The translations under genes and the position numbers were made by a program. DNA of 64,000 bases from Minisyncoccota bacterium (lineage in GTDB: Bacteria > Patescibacteriota > Minisyncoccia > Phycocordibacterales > JAQTLZ01): the NCBI GenBank assembly GCA_028711065.1, contig JAQTSY010000001.1, positions 22,610 through 86,609 on the forward strand, written 5' to 3'. This document shows positions 19,190-28,822 of this stretch, in pieces; position 1 is the first letter of the stretch, and each line of letters opens with the position of its first letter. The notes under the pieces were generated by a model. It was given only the letters and a program-made list of their open reading frames with translations. It ran no database searches and was not told the DNA's origin.

Positions 19190-19354
19190 ATGAAGAAATT
19201 AAGTAAAAATGAGTGGATTGGAGTTGTTGTCGCTCTTGTTATCGTGGGAGTTTTCATGATTTTCCCGCAAGTGCTTCGAAGTATCGAGGGGAAGAATGCA
19301 GCTACACCATCAATTTCACCGGCTGCGATCGATGCGGCGCAATTACCACAATAG
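19190..19354 (+). CDS. small hydrophobic protein (54 aa, single TM)
   Basis: ORF 'MKKLSKNEWIGVVVALVIVGVFMIFPQVLRS...' is below the cutoff of the ORF track. It sits in the divergent region upstream of tgt and is followed by a hairpin plus T-run. Confidence 0.3.
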   Translation: MKKLSKNEWIGVVVALVIVGVFMIFPQVLRSIEGKNAATPSISPAAIDAAQLPQ

Positions 19355-19378
19355 AATATTTTTCTATTGCATAGGAAA

Positions 19379-19405
19379 AAGGCCGTTTCAATACGGCCTT
19401 TTGTG
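19379..19405 (+). terminator. intrinsic terminator-like hairpin
   Basis: 'aaggccg-tttcaata-cggcctt' stem-loop followed by 'ttgtgt'. Confidence 0.4.
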
Positions 19406-19417
19406 TCATCAAACGCC

Positions 19418-20632
19418 ATGGGAGCTATAAAATTTAAAATCGAAAAGAAACTCAAGGGCCAGCTCGGGAGGGCAGGGATTTTAGAGACGCCTCATGGGAA
19501 AATTGAAACGCCAGCTTTCGTTGTGGTTGGAACAAATGCCACAATAAAATCGGTCAACGTCGAACAAGTGAAAGAATGTGGAACACAAGTCGTGCTTGGA
19601 AATACCTATCATTTATACCTCCAACCTGGAGACAGGCTTGTTAAAGATGCCGGCGGACTTCACAAATTCATGAACTGGCATGGACCAACGATGACAGACT
19701 CTGGGGGGTTCCAAGTTTTCTCCCTGGGTGTTGCCTACAAAAAAGGTATTACGAAATTTGCTAAAACAGAAGACCTCCACGATGACACGAACGAAAAAGA
19801 AGAAAATAAAATCTCGCCGCAACTGGCAGTCATCGATGAAGAAGGCGTAACATTCAAATCGCACCGCGACGGAAGCATGCACCGCTTTACCCCAGAACGC
19901 TCGATTGAAATTCAACACAATATCGGAGCTGATATGATTTTCGCTTTTGATGAGTGCACTTCACCAAGTGCTCCTCTTCAATATCAGAAAGAAGCGATGG
20001 ATAGGACTCATCGCTGGGCAAAACGTTCTCTCGATTATCACAAATCACAACCGCATTCCGAAAAGCAGGCTCTGTTCGGAATAGTTCAGGGGGGCAGGCA
20101 CGAAGACTTGCGGAAAATTTCCGCAAAACAAATTGGTGGAATGGATTTCGATGGATTCGGCATTGGCGGTTCATTTAACAAAGAAGATATGGGAACTGCG
20201 GTGAAATGGGTGAATGAAATCTTGCCGGAAGAGAAGCCGAGACATCTTTTAGGAATTGGCGAGCCGACAGATCTCTGGGAAGGGGTTGAAAACGGCGTAG
20301 ATCTTTTTGATTGCGTGCTTCCAACCCGCCTCGCACGTAATGGTTCTATTTATACAAAAGATGGAAGAGTAGGAATTACAAACGCGCGCTTCACGAAAGA
20401 CTTTTCTCCAATCGAAAAAGATTGCGGATGTTACACGTGCCAGAATTATTCTCGTGCTTATATTTCGCATCTTTTCCGCTCGGATGAGATGCTTGCTGGG
20501 ACTCTCGGCTCCATACATAACATCTATTTTATCGTAAATTTGGTTAAAACTGCTCGGCAGGGGATTTTGGACGGAAATTTCCGCGAACTCAAAGAAGCAT
20601 TCTTGTCAAGATTTCGTCCAAATACGGCTTGA
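19418..20632 (+). CDS. tgt: queuine tRNA-ribosyltransferase (tRNA-guanine transglycosylase)
   Basis: Tgt N-terminus 'TPHGKIETPAFVVVGTNATIKSV...VVLGNTYHL', catalytic 'DECT' region, and a C-terminal zinc site 'CGCYTCQNYSRAYISHL'. It carries a ~25-aa acidic insertion relative to canonical Tgt. Start chosen at 'MGAIKF'. Confidence 0.85.
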   Translation: MGAIKFKIEKKLKGQLGRAGILETPHGKIETPAFVVVGTNATIKSVNVEQVKECGTQVVLGNTYHLYLQPGDRLVKDAGGLHKFMNWHGPTMTDSGGFQVFSLGVAYKKGITKFAKTEDLHDDTNEKEENKISPQLAVIDEEGVTFKSHRDGSMHRFTPERSIEIQHNIGADMIFAFDECTSPSAPLQYQKEAMDRTHRWAKRSLDYHKSQPHSEKQALFGIVQGGRHEDLRKISAKQIGGMDFDGFGIGGSFNKEDMGTAVKWVNEILPEEKPRHLLGIGEPTDLWEGVENGVDLFDCVLPTRLARNGSIYTKDGRVGITNARFTKDFSPIEKDCGCYTCQNYSRAYISHLFRSDEMLAGTLGSIHNIYFIVNLVKTARQGILDGNFRELKEAFLSRFRPNTA

Positions 20633-20649
20633 AATAAGGCTAGAAACTA

Positions 20650-20678
20650 TTGACTTTAGAGTCTAGATGTGCTATACT
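20650..20678 (+). promoter_or_regulatory. sigma70-type promoter (TTGACT-17 nt-TATACT)
   Basis: Near-consensus -35 at 20650-55 and -10 at 20673-78 with a 17-nt spacer, ~85 nt upstream of the secreted-protein gene. An 'aaggag' SD lies 9 nt before the ATG. Confidence 0.6.
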
Positions 20679-20697
20679 ACTCGATAGGGAGATGAAA

Positions 20698-20719
20698 TAA
20701 AGCTCGAATTCTCGAGCTT
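20698..20719 (+). promoter_or_regulatory. 5'-UTR palindrome (possible operator or attenuator)
   Basis: 'aaagctcg-aattct-cgagcttt' 8-bp inverted repeat between the promoter and the SD. Confidence 0.3.
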
Positions 20720-20762
20720 TTTCATTTCTGGAGGTAAGGCTTCAATTAAGGAGAACCGTACC

Positions 20763-22298
20763 ATGAGGCAGATCTTTGGAAAGTTTTTGTTGTTGGCAAT
20801 TATCGCGGGCTTCATGCCCATTGCGATCAAAGCCGCGGACGCAGCGGCGCCGACCGAACAGGCCGGGCCTGTAGCGATCAGCATTCAGTACCCGAATGAC
20901 GAGAACATGATCATCGGGCGCGGCGAAGATCTCTACGTCGGCTGGCTCATCGAGGGCCTGGGACAGGATGTCTCGGCCGATATGGGCATCTGGTTGTACG
21001 GCGACGACAGAAGTGCTGACGAGATCAGCGCAAAAATCGTGACCGATGGGTACGATTACGATCGTTACGTCATCAGTCCGACGCATGCACTTGGCCGGTA
21101 CTGGATTGTGCTGGAGATCGACGGCAACGAAAAAGGCGGGCCTTACGCGTGGGCGCGGTCTGCAAGCTTCGAAATCGTGTTGGCGACGCACATCGAAGCT
21201 GTCTACCCGGAAGAGCCGGGAGCCGGAATGCAGTGTCGTCTTCAGGGAGACTTCCAACCCCTGTTCAACAGAGTCTCTGTTCAAAATAAGGACGGATCAC
21301 AGTATCGCGACCTCGGATTGTTTGACGATAATGGCGGGAATATCTATCTGAATTTCCCCACAACGTTGAACAATCAGCAATACGGCAATGGCGGTGGCGG
21401 CAAAGGTATAGCCGCTGGCGACAATGCAGGCGCGCCGACTTCTTCGACAAGCTGGGTTGTAAGCGGCATCTACGTCGTGAACGTAGACAATGCTGCGGGC
21501 AGTTCGTCCTTTGAGGTGCACGTCTCCGACAAGCGGGTGATTTTCACGGAGCCCGATGGCGGCGAGACATTCCTCACGGGCCTTGATATGCCCTGGGGTG
21601 TAGTCGTTGAGGGTACCGAAGGAGAACTCTTGCTTGAAAGTCGCGATGTGCCAGGACTAACGTATTTCCTAACATACCTGGATTTCGGCAACTGGAATGG
21701 TGACAATATCATCCCCGAAGAATTGCCGGCGGGAACATACGCGCTGACTTTCGGGAACGAAATTGATGGACGCTGGTCATCGGAAAATTTCCTTATCGAA
21801 AACCCGGTGGTCCCGACTATTGAAATTACGTATCCGAAAGCGGGAACGATCGTGTGGGCTGGCGGACCAGTGAACGTGAATTACGAAACGGTTGGCGTTG
21901 CCAACCCGCTCGTCTTCACAGTTGAATCACCGGATGGCAGTAATTCCGTCTTCATCGGTGAGGACAAGAGTGTTTCCGGTTCCTTCGTCTGGGTCATCCC
22001 AAGCGACTGGACACCCGGATATTACCGAATCCGCGTTGAGGAGGAGACAAAGGGTGCAGGAGCGCAAGCTCTCTCCGGCGTCTTCACAGTTCAGCAGTCA
22101 GGGCCCGCGAAAGGATTCGCGATGAATATCGATCGAGTCCAAAGGGACGACAAGATCAAGTATGAAGTCAAGGTGAACCCCGGCAATGTTCTGTCCGCGA
22201 AGTCGATCAAAAAAATTCAGGACGTCGCCAACCACGAAGCCAAGGTGGCTGAAAAGCTGGCTGCGAGGGAAGCCAAGAACAACAAAAACATGAAGTAA
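20763..22298 (+). CDS. secreted repeat-domain protein (signal peptide; tandem Kre9/KNH-like beta-sandwich-type modules; Lys-rich C-terminal tail)
   Basis: Signal peptide 'MRQIFGKFLLLAIIAGFMPIAIKAADAA'. Three repeats follow the pattern 'I.I.YP..G.I..G..V.V.W......V.F.........G...W.IP'. The gene is markedly GC-richer than its neighbours and has its own strong promoter and terminator. Confidence 0.55.
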   Translation: MRQIFGKFLLLAIIAGFMPIAIKAADAAAPTEQAGPVAISIQYPNDENMIIGRGEDLYVGWLIEGLGQDVSADMGIWLYGDDRSADEISAKIVTDGYDYDRYVISPTHALGRYWIVLEIDGNEKGGPYAWARSASFEIVLATHIEAVYPEEPGAGMQCRLQGDFQPLFNRVSVQNKDGSQYRDLGLFDDNGGNIYLNFPTTLNNQQYGNGGGGKGIAAGDNAGAPTSSTSWVVSGIYVVNVDNAAGSSSFEVHVSDKRVIFTEPDGGETFLTGLDMPWGVVVEGTEGELLLESRDVPGLTYFLTYLDFGNWNGDNIIPEELPAGTYALTFGNEIDGRWSSENFLIENPVVPTIEITYPKAGTIVWAGGPVNVNYETVGVANPLVFTVESPDGSNSVFIGEDKSVSGSFVWVIPSDWTPGYYRIRVEEETKGAGAQALSGVFTVQQSGPAKGFAMNIDRVQRDDKIKYEVKVNPGNVLSAKSIKKIQDVANHEAKVAEKLAAREAKNNKNMK

Positions 22299-22336
22299 AT
22301 CTGCTTCGCACTGGGCGAGCAGATAAACCACAACCG

Positions 22337-22375
22337 CAGCCACGTGTCTTTACGAACGTGGCTGCTTTTTATTGT
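22337..22375 (+). terminator. rho-independent terminator
   Basis: A 10-bp stem 'gcagccacgt...acgtggctgc' is followed by 'tttttattgtt'. Confidence 0.75.
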
Positions 22376-22463
22376 TGAGAAAAATTAGATATTTGTGTAT
22401 GATGCAATTTGGCGTTGGAGCAGTACAAGTCGGGGGCGAAACAAACCTGGGAGGGCCGGGCGA

Positions 22464-22670
22464 ATGCTTTTAACTTTTCGTGATCTTTACAGAGGACAGG
22501 AAGTTTGTGCGAATAAGGACATCGGTTCCATAAAGAACGGGACGCAGGGCGTTGTTGAAGAGCTCACCCATACCGTGCATCATTGCCACGTATCCTTTTG
22601 TGGGAAATTGGTGCACAATGTGCACATTGACGATTTGAACTTACTGGGTAAGCCCGTTCCCATCGATTAA
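22464..22670 (+). CDS. small DUF4926-like protein
   Basis: 68-aa ORF with a 'gggaggg' SD. 'IKNGTQGVVEEL...HVSF...VHNVHIDDLNLL' resembles the DUF4926 pattern (G.GTVVE...YEVEF...L..d.L). GC-rich. Confidence 0.4.
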   Translation: MLLTFRDLYRGQEVCANKDIGSIKNGTQGVVEELTHTVHHCHVSFCGKLVHNVHIDDLNLLGKPVPID

Positions 22671-22693
22671 TTTCGGCGCGAACAGATTCAGAG

Positions 22694-22727
22694 AGTGGTA
22701 CGCGATGAGTGTACCGCTTTTTATTTT
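22694..22727 (+). terminator. rho-independent terminator
   Basis: Hairpin 'agtggtac...gtaccgct' followed by 'ttttatttt'. Confidence 0.6.
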
Positions 22728-22755
22728 CCGATAATGTATTAGTATTAGGAAACTG

Positions 22756-24783
22756 ATGAAAACAGAAAGGAAATTTAAACTTAAATCGGAATTCAAACCT
22801 GCCGGTGATCAACCGGGAGCTATTTCTGCACTCGTAAAAGGACTCAAGGAGGGAATGAATCATCAAACTCTTCTTGGGGTTACCGGTTCAGGAAAAACTT
22901 TTACTGTCGCCAATATTATTGAAAAAGTTCAGAAACCAACGCTTGTTATCGCTCACAACAAAACTCTTGCCGCCCAGCTCGCTCAAGAATATAAAGAATT
23001 TTTCCCAGACAACGCTGTGCATTATTTCGTTTCGTATTACGACTACTATCAGCCGGAAGCATATTTACCAACTACTGATACTTATATCGAAAAGGAAGCG
23101 ATGATAAATGACGAAATTGATCGTCTTCGCCATGCATCTACACAGGCACTTCTGACGCGCAGTGATGTGATTATTGTAGTTTCTGTCTCATGTATTTACG
23201 GGTTGGGTTCACCTGTTGAATACGAGAAAGTAAATTTAAAGATCGAAAAAAACCAGGTTATTTCGCGCGCAGATTTGATTCGAAAACTGGTAAATCTCCA
23301 TTTTGAACGCACCAATGCAGACCTTGAGCCGGGACTTTTCAGAGCGCTTGGAAATGCGATTGAAATGATGCCGGTCAATGAGAAACTTATCTATCGCTTA
23401 AGTTTCAAAGAAAGTGTCATCGACGAGATTGAAGTCATTGACGCAATCAGCCGTTCAGTTCTCGAAAACGTAGACAATTTTTTCCTTTTCCCGGCAAAAC
23501 ATTTCATCAGCACCTCCGAAGGAGTAAAAAGCGCCCTCCAAACCATCGAAGCCGAACTCAAAGAGCAGATCAAAAAATTCGATAAGGAGGGGAAACTTCT
23601 CGAAGCCGAGAGAATAAAACGCCGAACAAGATACGACCTCGCTCTGATTCGTGAAGTTGGCTACTGCAACGGAATTGAAAACTATTCTCGGCATTTCTCG
23701 GGAAAAATAGAGGGCGAACCACCAGATTCACTTCTTTCCTATTTCCCGCACAAAGCAGATGGTTCGGCAGACTTTCTCACTATCATAGACGAATCGCACG
23801 TAACTGTGCCCCAAATTGGAGGGATGTATGCTGGAGACGCTTCACGAAAGAAGACTTTGATCGAGCACGGCTTTCGGCTTCCTTCCGCGAAAGACAATCG
23901 TCCACTCAAAGCCGAAGAATTTCGAGAAAGAGTGGGGCAAGTAATTTATACTTCAGCAACTCCTGGAGAATATGAAAAGAAAGAGAGCCAGCAAGTGGTG
24001 GAGCAAGTCATTCGTCCGACAGGTCTTATTGATCCTGAAATAATCATCCGCCCAATCGTTTCGAAGGGGAAATTCCTTGGACAGGTCAAAGATTTTATTA
24101 ACGAGGCTGAAGCAGTGATAAAAAGAGGAAACCGTGTCATAGCCACAACACTTACCAAAAAAATGGCGGAAGATTTGAGCGAGTATCTCAAAGAGCGCGG
24201 AGTGAAAGCTGAATACTTGCATAGCGATATCGAAACGCTTGATCGCATTAGAATTCTTACAGAATTTCGAAAAGGGAAATTTGACTGCATTGTCGGTGTA
24301 AATCTTCTTCGCGAAGGGCTTGATCTGCCGGAAGTTGAGCTCATCGGAATTCTTGATGCCGACAAAGAGGGCTTTTTGCGTTCTGAAACCTCGCTTATTC
24401 AAACCATCGGCCGTGCAGCGCGAAATGTGCTTGGCCACGTGATTCTTTATGCCGACAACATGACCGGCTCAATGGAGAGAGCGATAAGCGAGACCAATCG
24501 GCGCCGCGCTCTTCAGGTCGCTTATAATACGAAACACGGCATTACTCCAAAAACCATTCTCAAGAAAATTCATGATATTACCGAGACAATGGAGAACAAA
24601 CATTCGAAAACGCTCAAAAATCTGATTGAGCTCGATGATAAATTCTTCAAGAAAAATCCTGCAAAATTCATTAAAGAAAAAGAGAAGCAGATGAATGCTG
24701 CGGTAAAAGTGCTTGATTTCGAGACCGCGGCACTCCTTCGGGATGAAATTGCCATGCTTCAGCTCTCCCTACGGGAGCGGTAA
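22756..24783 (+). CDS. uvrB: excinuclease ABC subunit B
   Basis: 'GVTGSGKTFT' Walker A, helicase motifs, 'DESHVTVPQ', and a C-terminal UVR domain 'AAVKVLDFETAALLRDEIAMLQ'. Confidence 0.95.
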   Translation: MKTERKFKLKSEFKPAGDQPGAISALVKGLKEGMNHQTLLGVTGSGKTFTVANIIEKVQKPTLVIAHNKTLAAQLAQEYKEFFPDNAVHYFVSYYDYYQPEAYLPTTDTYIEKEAMINDEIDRLRHASTQALLTRSDVIIVVSVSCIYGLGSPVEYEKVNLKIEKNQVISRADLIRKLVNLHFERTNADLEPGLFRALGNAIEMMPVNEKLIYRLSFKESVIDEIEVIDAISRSVLENVDNFFLFPAKHFISTSEGVKSALQTIEAELKEQIKKFDKEGKLLEAERIKRRTRYDLALIREVGYCNGIENYSRHFSGKIEGEPPDSLLSYFPHKADGSADFLTIIDESHVTVPQIGGMYAGDASRKKTLIEHGFRLPSAKDNRPLKAEEFRERVGQVIYTSATPGEYEKKESQQVVEQVIRPTGLIDPEIIIRPIVSKGKFLGQVKDFINEAEAVIKRGNRVIATTLTKKMAEDLSEYLKERGVKAEYLHSDIETLDRIRILTEFRKGKFDCIVGVNLLREGLDLPEVELIGILDADKEGFLRSETSLIQTIGRAARNVLGHVILYADNMTGSMERAISETNRRRALQVAYNTKHGITPKTILKKIHDITETMENKHSKTLKNLIELDDKFFKKNPAKFIKEKEKQMNAAVKVLDFETAALLRDEIAMLQLSLRER

Positions 24784-24820
24784 ACCTTTTGCATTCTGAG
24801 AGCAGAACGCTCAAGGTCTT

Positions 24821-24849
24821 GCTAAATGGGTCCCAACCCATTTCTCACC
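24821..24849. repeat. palindromic motif, copy A (core gggtcccaaccca)
   Basis: 'taaatgggt-ccca-acccattt' hairpin 40 nt after the uvrB stop. It is about 26/29 identical to copy B at 26066-26097 when B is read in inverted orientation. Confidence 0.5.
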
Positions 24850-24886
24850 ATAGCGAAGAAAATGGCCAAATGATAGAATTATTCCC

Positions 24887-25624
24887 ATGAGTAAGGATGA
24901 GTCTCCAAAGAATATTATTGTGGGAGGAAAAAAGGCTGACTTTACTTCGATTCTCGTTCATCGTTTGCGAAATCCTCTTACTGAAACAAAATGGACCCTC
25001 TCCGCTCTTTTGAGCGGTGACTATGGCATATTGAATGAAGAGCAAGAAAAATCTCTCAAAAAGTGTTACGGGGGGAACGATATAGCAATATCCATGGTCA
25101 ATGATCTTTTAAATCTCGATCGTCTTAAAGCAAATAATACTGAATACAATGATTCCCCTGTGAAAATTGCGGGTCTCGTTGAAACTATCATTTCTGGTTT
25201 TTCGGCTAGGGCAAAACATAAAAATATATCACTCACGTTTGATAGAAAAACCGATACGGGAGAAACGGTCTATTCCAATCCCGAAAAAATTCGGGCTATT
25301 TTAGAAAATCTCCTCGAAAACGCGATCAATTATTCTCTTGTCGGCGACCCGATAGAAGTAGGACTCGTCTCATCTCCTCAAGAAGTGACTGTGACAGTCA
25401 AAGATAAGGGAATCGGCATTCCTGAAGCAGAACAGAAAAATATTTTTACGGAATTTTATCGAGCCACAAACGCAATTCGGCATGAAAGAAGCGGAGCGGG
25501 CCTTGGATTGTATATCGTGAAAAAAATTGCAGAGGGCCAAGGAGGAAAGGTATGGTTTGAAAGCCAAGAAGGCAAAGGAACCACATTTTTCTTCACTATT
25601 CCGACAAACAAGGCAGTTTCTTAG
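24887..25624 (+). CDS. histidine kinase, soluble (HisKA + HATPase_c only, no sensor or TM domain)
   Basis: H-box 'VHRLRNPLTETKW' sits ~25 aa from the N-terminus. N-box 'LENLLENAINYS', G1 'DKGIGIPEAE' and G2 'GAGLGLYIVKKIAEGQGG' are present. Confidence 0.8.
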   Translation: MSKDESPKNIIVGGKKADFTSILVHRLRNPLTETKWTLSALLSGDYGILNEEQEKSLKKCYGGNDIAISMVNDLLNLDRLKANNTEYNDSPVKIAGLVETIISGFSARAKHKNISLTFDRKTDTGETVYSNPEKIRAILENLLENAINYSLVGDPIEVGLVSSPQEVTVTVKDKGIGIPEAEQKNIFTEFYRATNAIRHERSGAGLGLYIVKKIAEGQGGKVWFESQEGKGTTFFFTIPTNKAVS

Positions 25625-25707
25625 GTTTTCCACTTTGACCCAGTGGTCTGTTTTTGATATACCTCTTCTGGGCGAAGTACAAACATTGGAATAGGAGATT
25701 AGACCAG

Positions 25708-25896
25708 ATGGAAAACCAGAATGCGGAACAAACTCAGGGTGTCTTCATAGTACCCAAACGTAAGCGAAGAGGGCTCACCCCGAGAGTAAGGGGAGTGCCT
25801 TACTCTCCTCCTGAATCGGCGGTCCGCGCGCTCTCTGATTGGGAGCGTCAACATCAAGAATGGCGAAGACAAATGGCTACCGCTAGCAGTAGTTGA
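25708..25896 (+). CDS. small basic hypothetical protein (62 aa); the region could alternatively be a small RNA
   Basis: An 'aggag' SD lies 8 nt upstream. The Arg/Lys-rich peptide has no known motif. A perfect 10-bp internal hairpin 'gagagtaagg...ccttactctc' is present. The unit ends with the terminator at 25935-25961. Confidence 0.3.
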   Translation: MENQNAEQTQGVFIVPKRKRRGLTPRVRGVPYSPPESAVRALSDWERQHQEWRRQMATASSS

Positions 25897-25934
25897 TCTG
25901 AGAAGTACGCTTCGACGCAAAACATTTTCTATTA

Positions 25935-25961
25935 GTCCGGCAAAACCGGACTTTTTATTTT
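25935..25961 (+). terminator. rho-independent terminator
   Basis: 'gtccgg-caaaa-ccggac' followed by 'tttttatttt'. Confidence 0.75.
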
Positions 25962-26065
25962 CTAAAAAATAAGATACAATGAAAGCGTTCATATATAACC
26001 CTATGCGTTAAACACGCGTAGATTTCTGTGTCTATGAAGGAAAAAGAAGATAAACTCATAATCAA

Positions 26066-26097
26066 GGGGTGAAATTGGGTTGGGACCCAATTTCACG
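26066..26097. repeat. palindromic motif, copy B (core gggtcccaaccca on the minus strand)
   Basis: 'gtgaaattgggt-tggg-acccaatttcac' 12-bp perfect hairpin, ~80 nt upstream of uvrA. It is an inverted copy of motif A; both are preceded by 'tcaagg' on the + strand. Confidence 0.5.
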
Positions 26098-26177
26098 GCC
26101 GGAAGCGCATGGGCGCTGAGGCGGGGTCGCGGAATTTTTCAGGAGAAAAATATCTGTGACCAAGAACACACATAATA

Positions 26178-28772
26178 ATGAAAAACGAAAAAGATTTACT
26201 CATCATAAAAGGCGCCCGTACCCACAACCTCAAAAATGTGACGGTAGAGATGCCGCGCAATAAAATGGTTGTGTTCACGGGACTTTCCGGAAGCGGGAAG
26301 TCGTCTTTAGCGTTTGACACCATCTTTGCCGAAGGTCAGCGACGATATGTCGAATCTCTTTCTTCATACGCTCGGCAATTCTTGCGCCAAATGCAAAAGC
26401 CGGATGTGGACGAGATCATCGGCCTTTCACCCGCAATTTCAATCGACCAAAAATCCCGCTCGAATAATCCTCGTTCAACTGTCGCCACAATTACCGAAAT
26501 TTACGACTACCTCCGTATTCTTTACGCTCGCGTAGGCAAACCGCACTGTCTGATCTGCGGAAGGGTTATCAAAAAGCACACGAACGAAGAAATCCTTGAA
26601 ACAATCCTCAAAACCGTTGAAGGAATCGAAACTGGTACAACCAAAAAGGTAATGGGGGTCGCATATGATACTCTCAAAATTCGCATTCTGTCACCCCTTG
26701 TGGTTGGGAGAAAAGGCGAATATTATCAGCTTCTCTACGATCTTCTCGGAAAAGGATATAAAGAAGTGCACGTGGATGGCAAAAATAAGAAACTCCGCGA
26801 ACAAATCATTCTTTCCAAAACTCAAAAGCATGATATTGACGTCGTTGTTGATGAAATTTTCGTTACCGAACTCAAAGATGTAAAATCAAAAAGTGGAGCT
26901 CATGAAAGGCTTAGTGAAGCAATTGAGCGCGCACTTGCGGAATCCGACGGACTTCTTCGAATCGAATACCCTGGAGAAGGCGGGGAGACAAAAGAGCATC
27001 TCATTTCTGCGAAATTCATGTGTGCATACGATGGGTTCTCCTACCCAGAGATCGAGCCGAGACTTTTCTCTTTCAACTCTCCATACGGTGCGTGTCCAGA
27101 ATGTAACGGACTTGGAACAAAACATTTTTTCGGTGAAGAACCTTGTCCGAAGTGCAAGGGCGCACGTCTTCGAGAAGAAGCGCTTCATGTATTTCTTGGT
27201 GAAGGAAAAATTAATATTGTGAATCTGGTCGGAATGTCTATCGCGGATTGTTTTGATTTCTTCTCGAAACTCAAACTCACTGCCACGGAAAAAAATATCT
27301 CGAAGGTGATCATAAAAGAAATCGAAAGTAGGCTCCAATTTATGATTGATGTCGGTATTGATTATCTCTCTCTCGATAGGCGCGCACATACGCTCTCTGG
27401 AGGAGAAGCACAACGAATCCGCCTCGCTTCACAACTCGGCTCTGGCCTTGTGGGAGCACTCTACGTGCTTGATGAACCAACCATCGGCCTTCATGCTCGC
27501 GATAATGACCGACTCATTAAAACTCTGCTTCATCTCCGAGACATCGGAAACACTATTGTCGTTGTAGAACACGACGAAGATACTATCTTTGCGTCTGATT
27601 ACATCGTAGACATTGGCCCCGGAGCAGGAGTACACGGCGGAGAAATTGTCGTAGCAGATTATTTGGAAAAGCTTCTTCTTGCCAAGAAAAACGATTCGAA
27701 ATCGCTTACTCTTTCATATCTGCGGGGGGAAACAGCAATAGAACCGCCGGAAGAAAGACGAACTGAAGAAAAAGGGGCTCTTAAAATCCGAAATGGAAAT
27801 ATCTTCAATATTAAAAATATGGATTTGGATGTTCCTCTTGGCAGGCTTGTGAGCGTGACCGGCGTCTCTGGTTCTGGAAAATCGTCCCTCGTGTATGAAA
27901 TAATTCACAAAAATCTTCAAGCTCGGCTCGAGCGATATTATCGTTCAAACGAGACTCATAACTGTGCTTCATTTACCGGAAGTGAATATCTTGGACGCAC
28001 CATTCTTATCGACCAAAGTCCTATCGGCCGAACTCCTCGTTCAAATCCTGTAACCTATACTGGCTCTTGGATCTTTATCCGAGATCTCTTTGCTGCTTCA
28101 GCCGAAGCGCGCGCTCGCGGATGGAAAGCAAATCGTTTTTCTTTCAACGTAAAGGGCGGGCGTTGTGAAAACTGCCAAGGGAATGGAATGATCGCTGTGG
28201 AGATGCACTTTTTGCCGACAGTCTACGTCCCTTGCGAAGTCTGCGAAGGAAAGCGATTTATGAAAGAAACGCTCGAAATTAAATACAAAAAGAAAAGCAT
28301 TTATGACGTGCTACAGATGACTGTCGAGGAAGGATTGAAATTCTTTGAAGACATTCCGGCCATTTACGACAGAATGAAAACGCTCGATGAGGTGGGTCTT
28401 GGATATTTAAGACTTGGCCAATCAGCGACAACGCTTTCTGGCGGGGAAGCACAAAGAGTAAAAATTTCATCAGAGCTCTATCGTCCGCATCTTCAAAAGA
28501 CCCTTTACATTTTGGATGAGCCGACCATCGGTCTGCATTACGAAGATGTGCGAAAACTTATTGAAATTCTTCAGAGACTGGTGAAGCACGGAAATACTGT
28601 GCTCGTCATCGAACACAACATGGATGTCATAAAAAGTTCCGACTACATTATTGATATCGGCCCAGAAGGAGGAAATGGGGGAGGGAAAGTCGTGGCAAAA
28701 GGAACTCCCGAAGAAGTTGCCAATAATACCAAGTCTTACACAGGCAAATATTTGAAGAAAGCTTTGAAATAA
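26178..28772 (+). CDS. uvrA: excinuclease ABC subunit A
   Basis: Two ABC modules: '[14 protein letters not shown]', '[15 protein letters not shown]', '[11 protein letters not shown]' and '[15 protein letters not shown]'. Zinc-finger Cys pairs 'CPECNGLG...CPKCKG' and 'CENCQGNG...CEVCEGKR' are present. At 864 aa it is somewhat short. Confidence 0.95.
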   Translation: MKNEKDLLIIKGARTHNLKNVTVEMPRNKMVVFTGLSGSGKSSLAFDTIFAEGQRRYVESLSSYARQFLRQMQKPDVDEIIGLSPAISIDQKSRSNNPRSTVATITEIYDYLRILYARVGKPHCLICGRVIKKHTNEEILETILKTVEGIETGTTKKVMGVAYDTLKIRILSPLVVGRKGEYYQLLYDLLGKGYKEVHVDGKNKKLREQIILSKTQKHDIDVVVDEIFVTELKDVKSKSGAHERLSEAIERALAESDGLLRIEYPGEGGETKEHLISAKFMCAYDGFSYPEIEPRLFSFNSPYGACPECNGLGTKHFFGEEPCPKCKGARLREEALHVFLGEGKINIVNLVGMSIADCFDFFSKLKLTATEKNISKVIIKEIESRLQFMIDVGIDYLSLDRRAHTLSGGEAQRIRLASQLGSGLVGALYVLDEPTIGLHARDNDRLIKTLLHLRDIGNTIVVVEHDEDTIFASDYIVDIGPGAGVHGGEIVVADYLEKLLLAKKNDSKSLTLSYLRGETAIEPPEERRTEEKGALKIRNGNIFNIKNMDLDVPLGRLVSVTGVSGSGKSSLVYEIIHKNLQARLERYYRSNETHNCASFTGSEYLGRTILIDQSPIGRTPRSNPVTYTGSWIFIRDLFAASAEARARGWKANRFSFNVKGGRCENCQGNGMIAVEMHFLPTVYVPCEVCEGKRFMKETLEIKYKKKSIYDVLQMTVEEGLKFFEDIPAIYDRMKTLDEVGLGYLRLGQSATTLSGGEAQRVKISSELYRPHLQKTLYILDEPTIGLHYEDVRKLIEILQRLVKHGNTVLVIEHNMDVIKSSDYIIDIGPEGGNGGGKVVAKGTPEEVANNTKSYTGKYLKKALK

Positions 28773-28777
28773 AAAAC

Positions 28778-28812
28778 CGCTTTCCCTTGCGAGGAAAGCG
28801 TTGTTTCAAATT
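28778..28812. terminator. bidirectional intrinsic terminator between uvrA and the convergent REC gene
   Basis: 'cgctttcc-cttgcga-ggaaagcg' is flanked by 'aaaaaa' on the 5' side and 'ttgtttcaaattgttttt' on the 3' side. Confidence 0.65.
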
Positions 28813-28822
28813 GTTTTTGACG

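Noticed and set aside
24821-26097. Interpreting the two palindromic motifs as LexA/SOS operators of uvrB and uvrA
   Set aside because: Copy A lies downstream of uvrB (after its stop), not in its promoter. No matching palindrome precedes uvrB. Insertion-boundary or terminator roles fit better.
26093-26323. 76-aa minus-strand ORF overlapping the uvrA start and palindrome B
   Set aside because: It is antisense to the uvrA N-terminus and upstream hairpin, with no SD or motif. Judged spurious.
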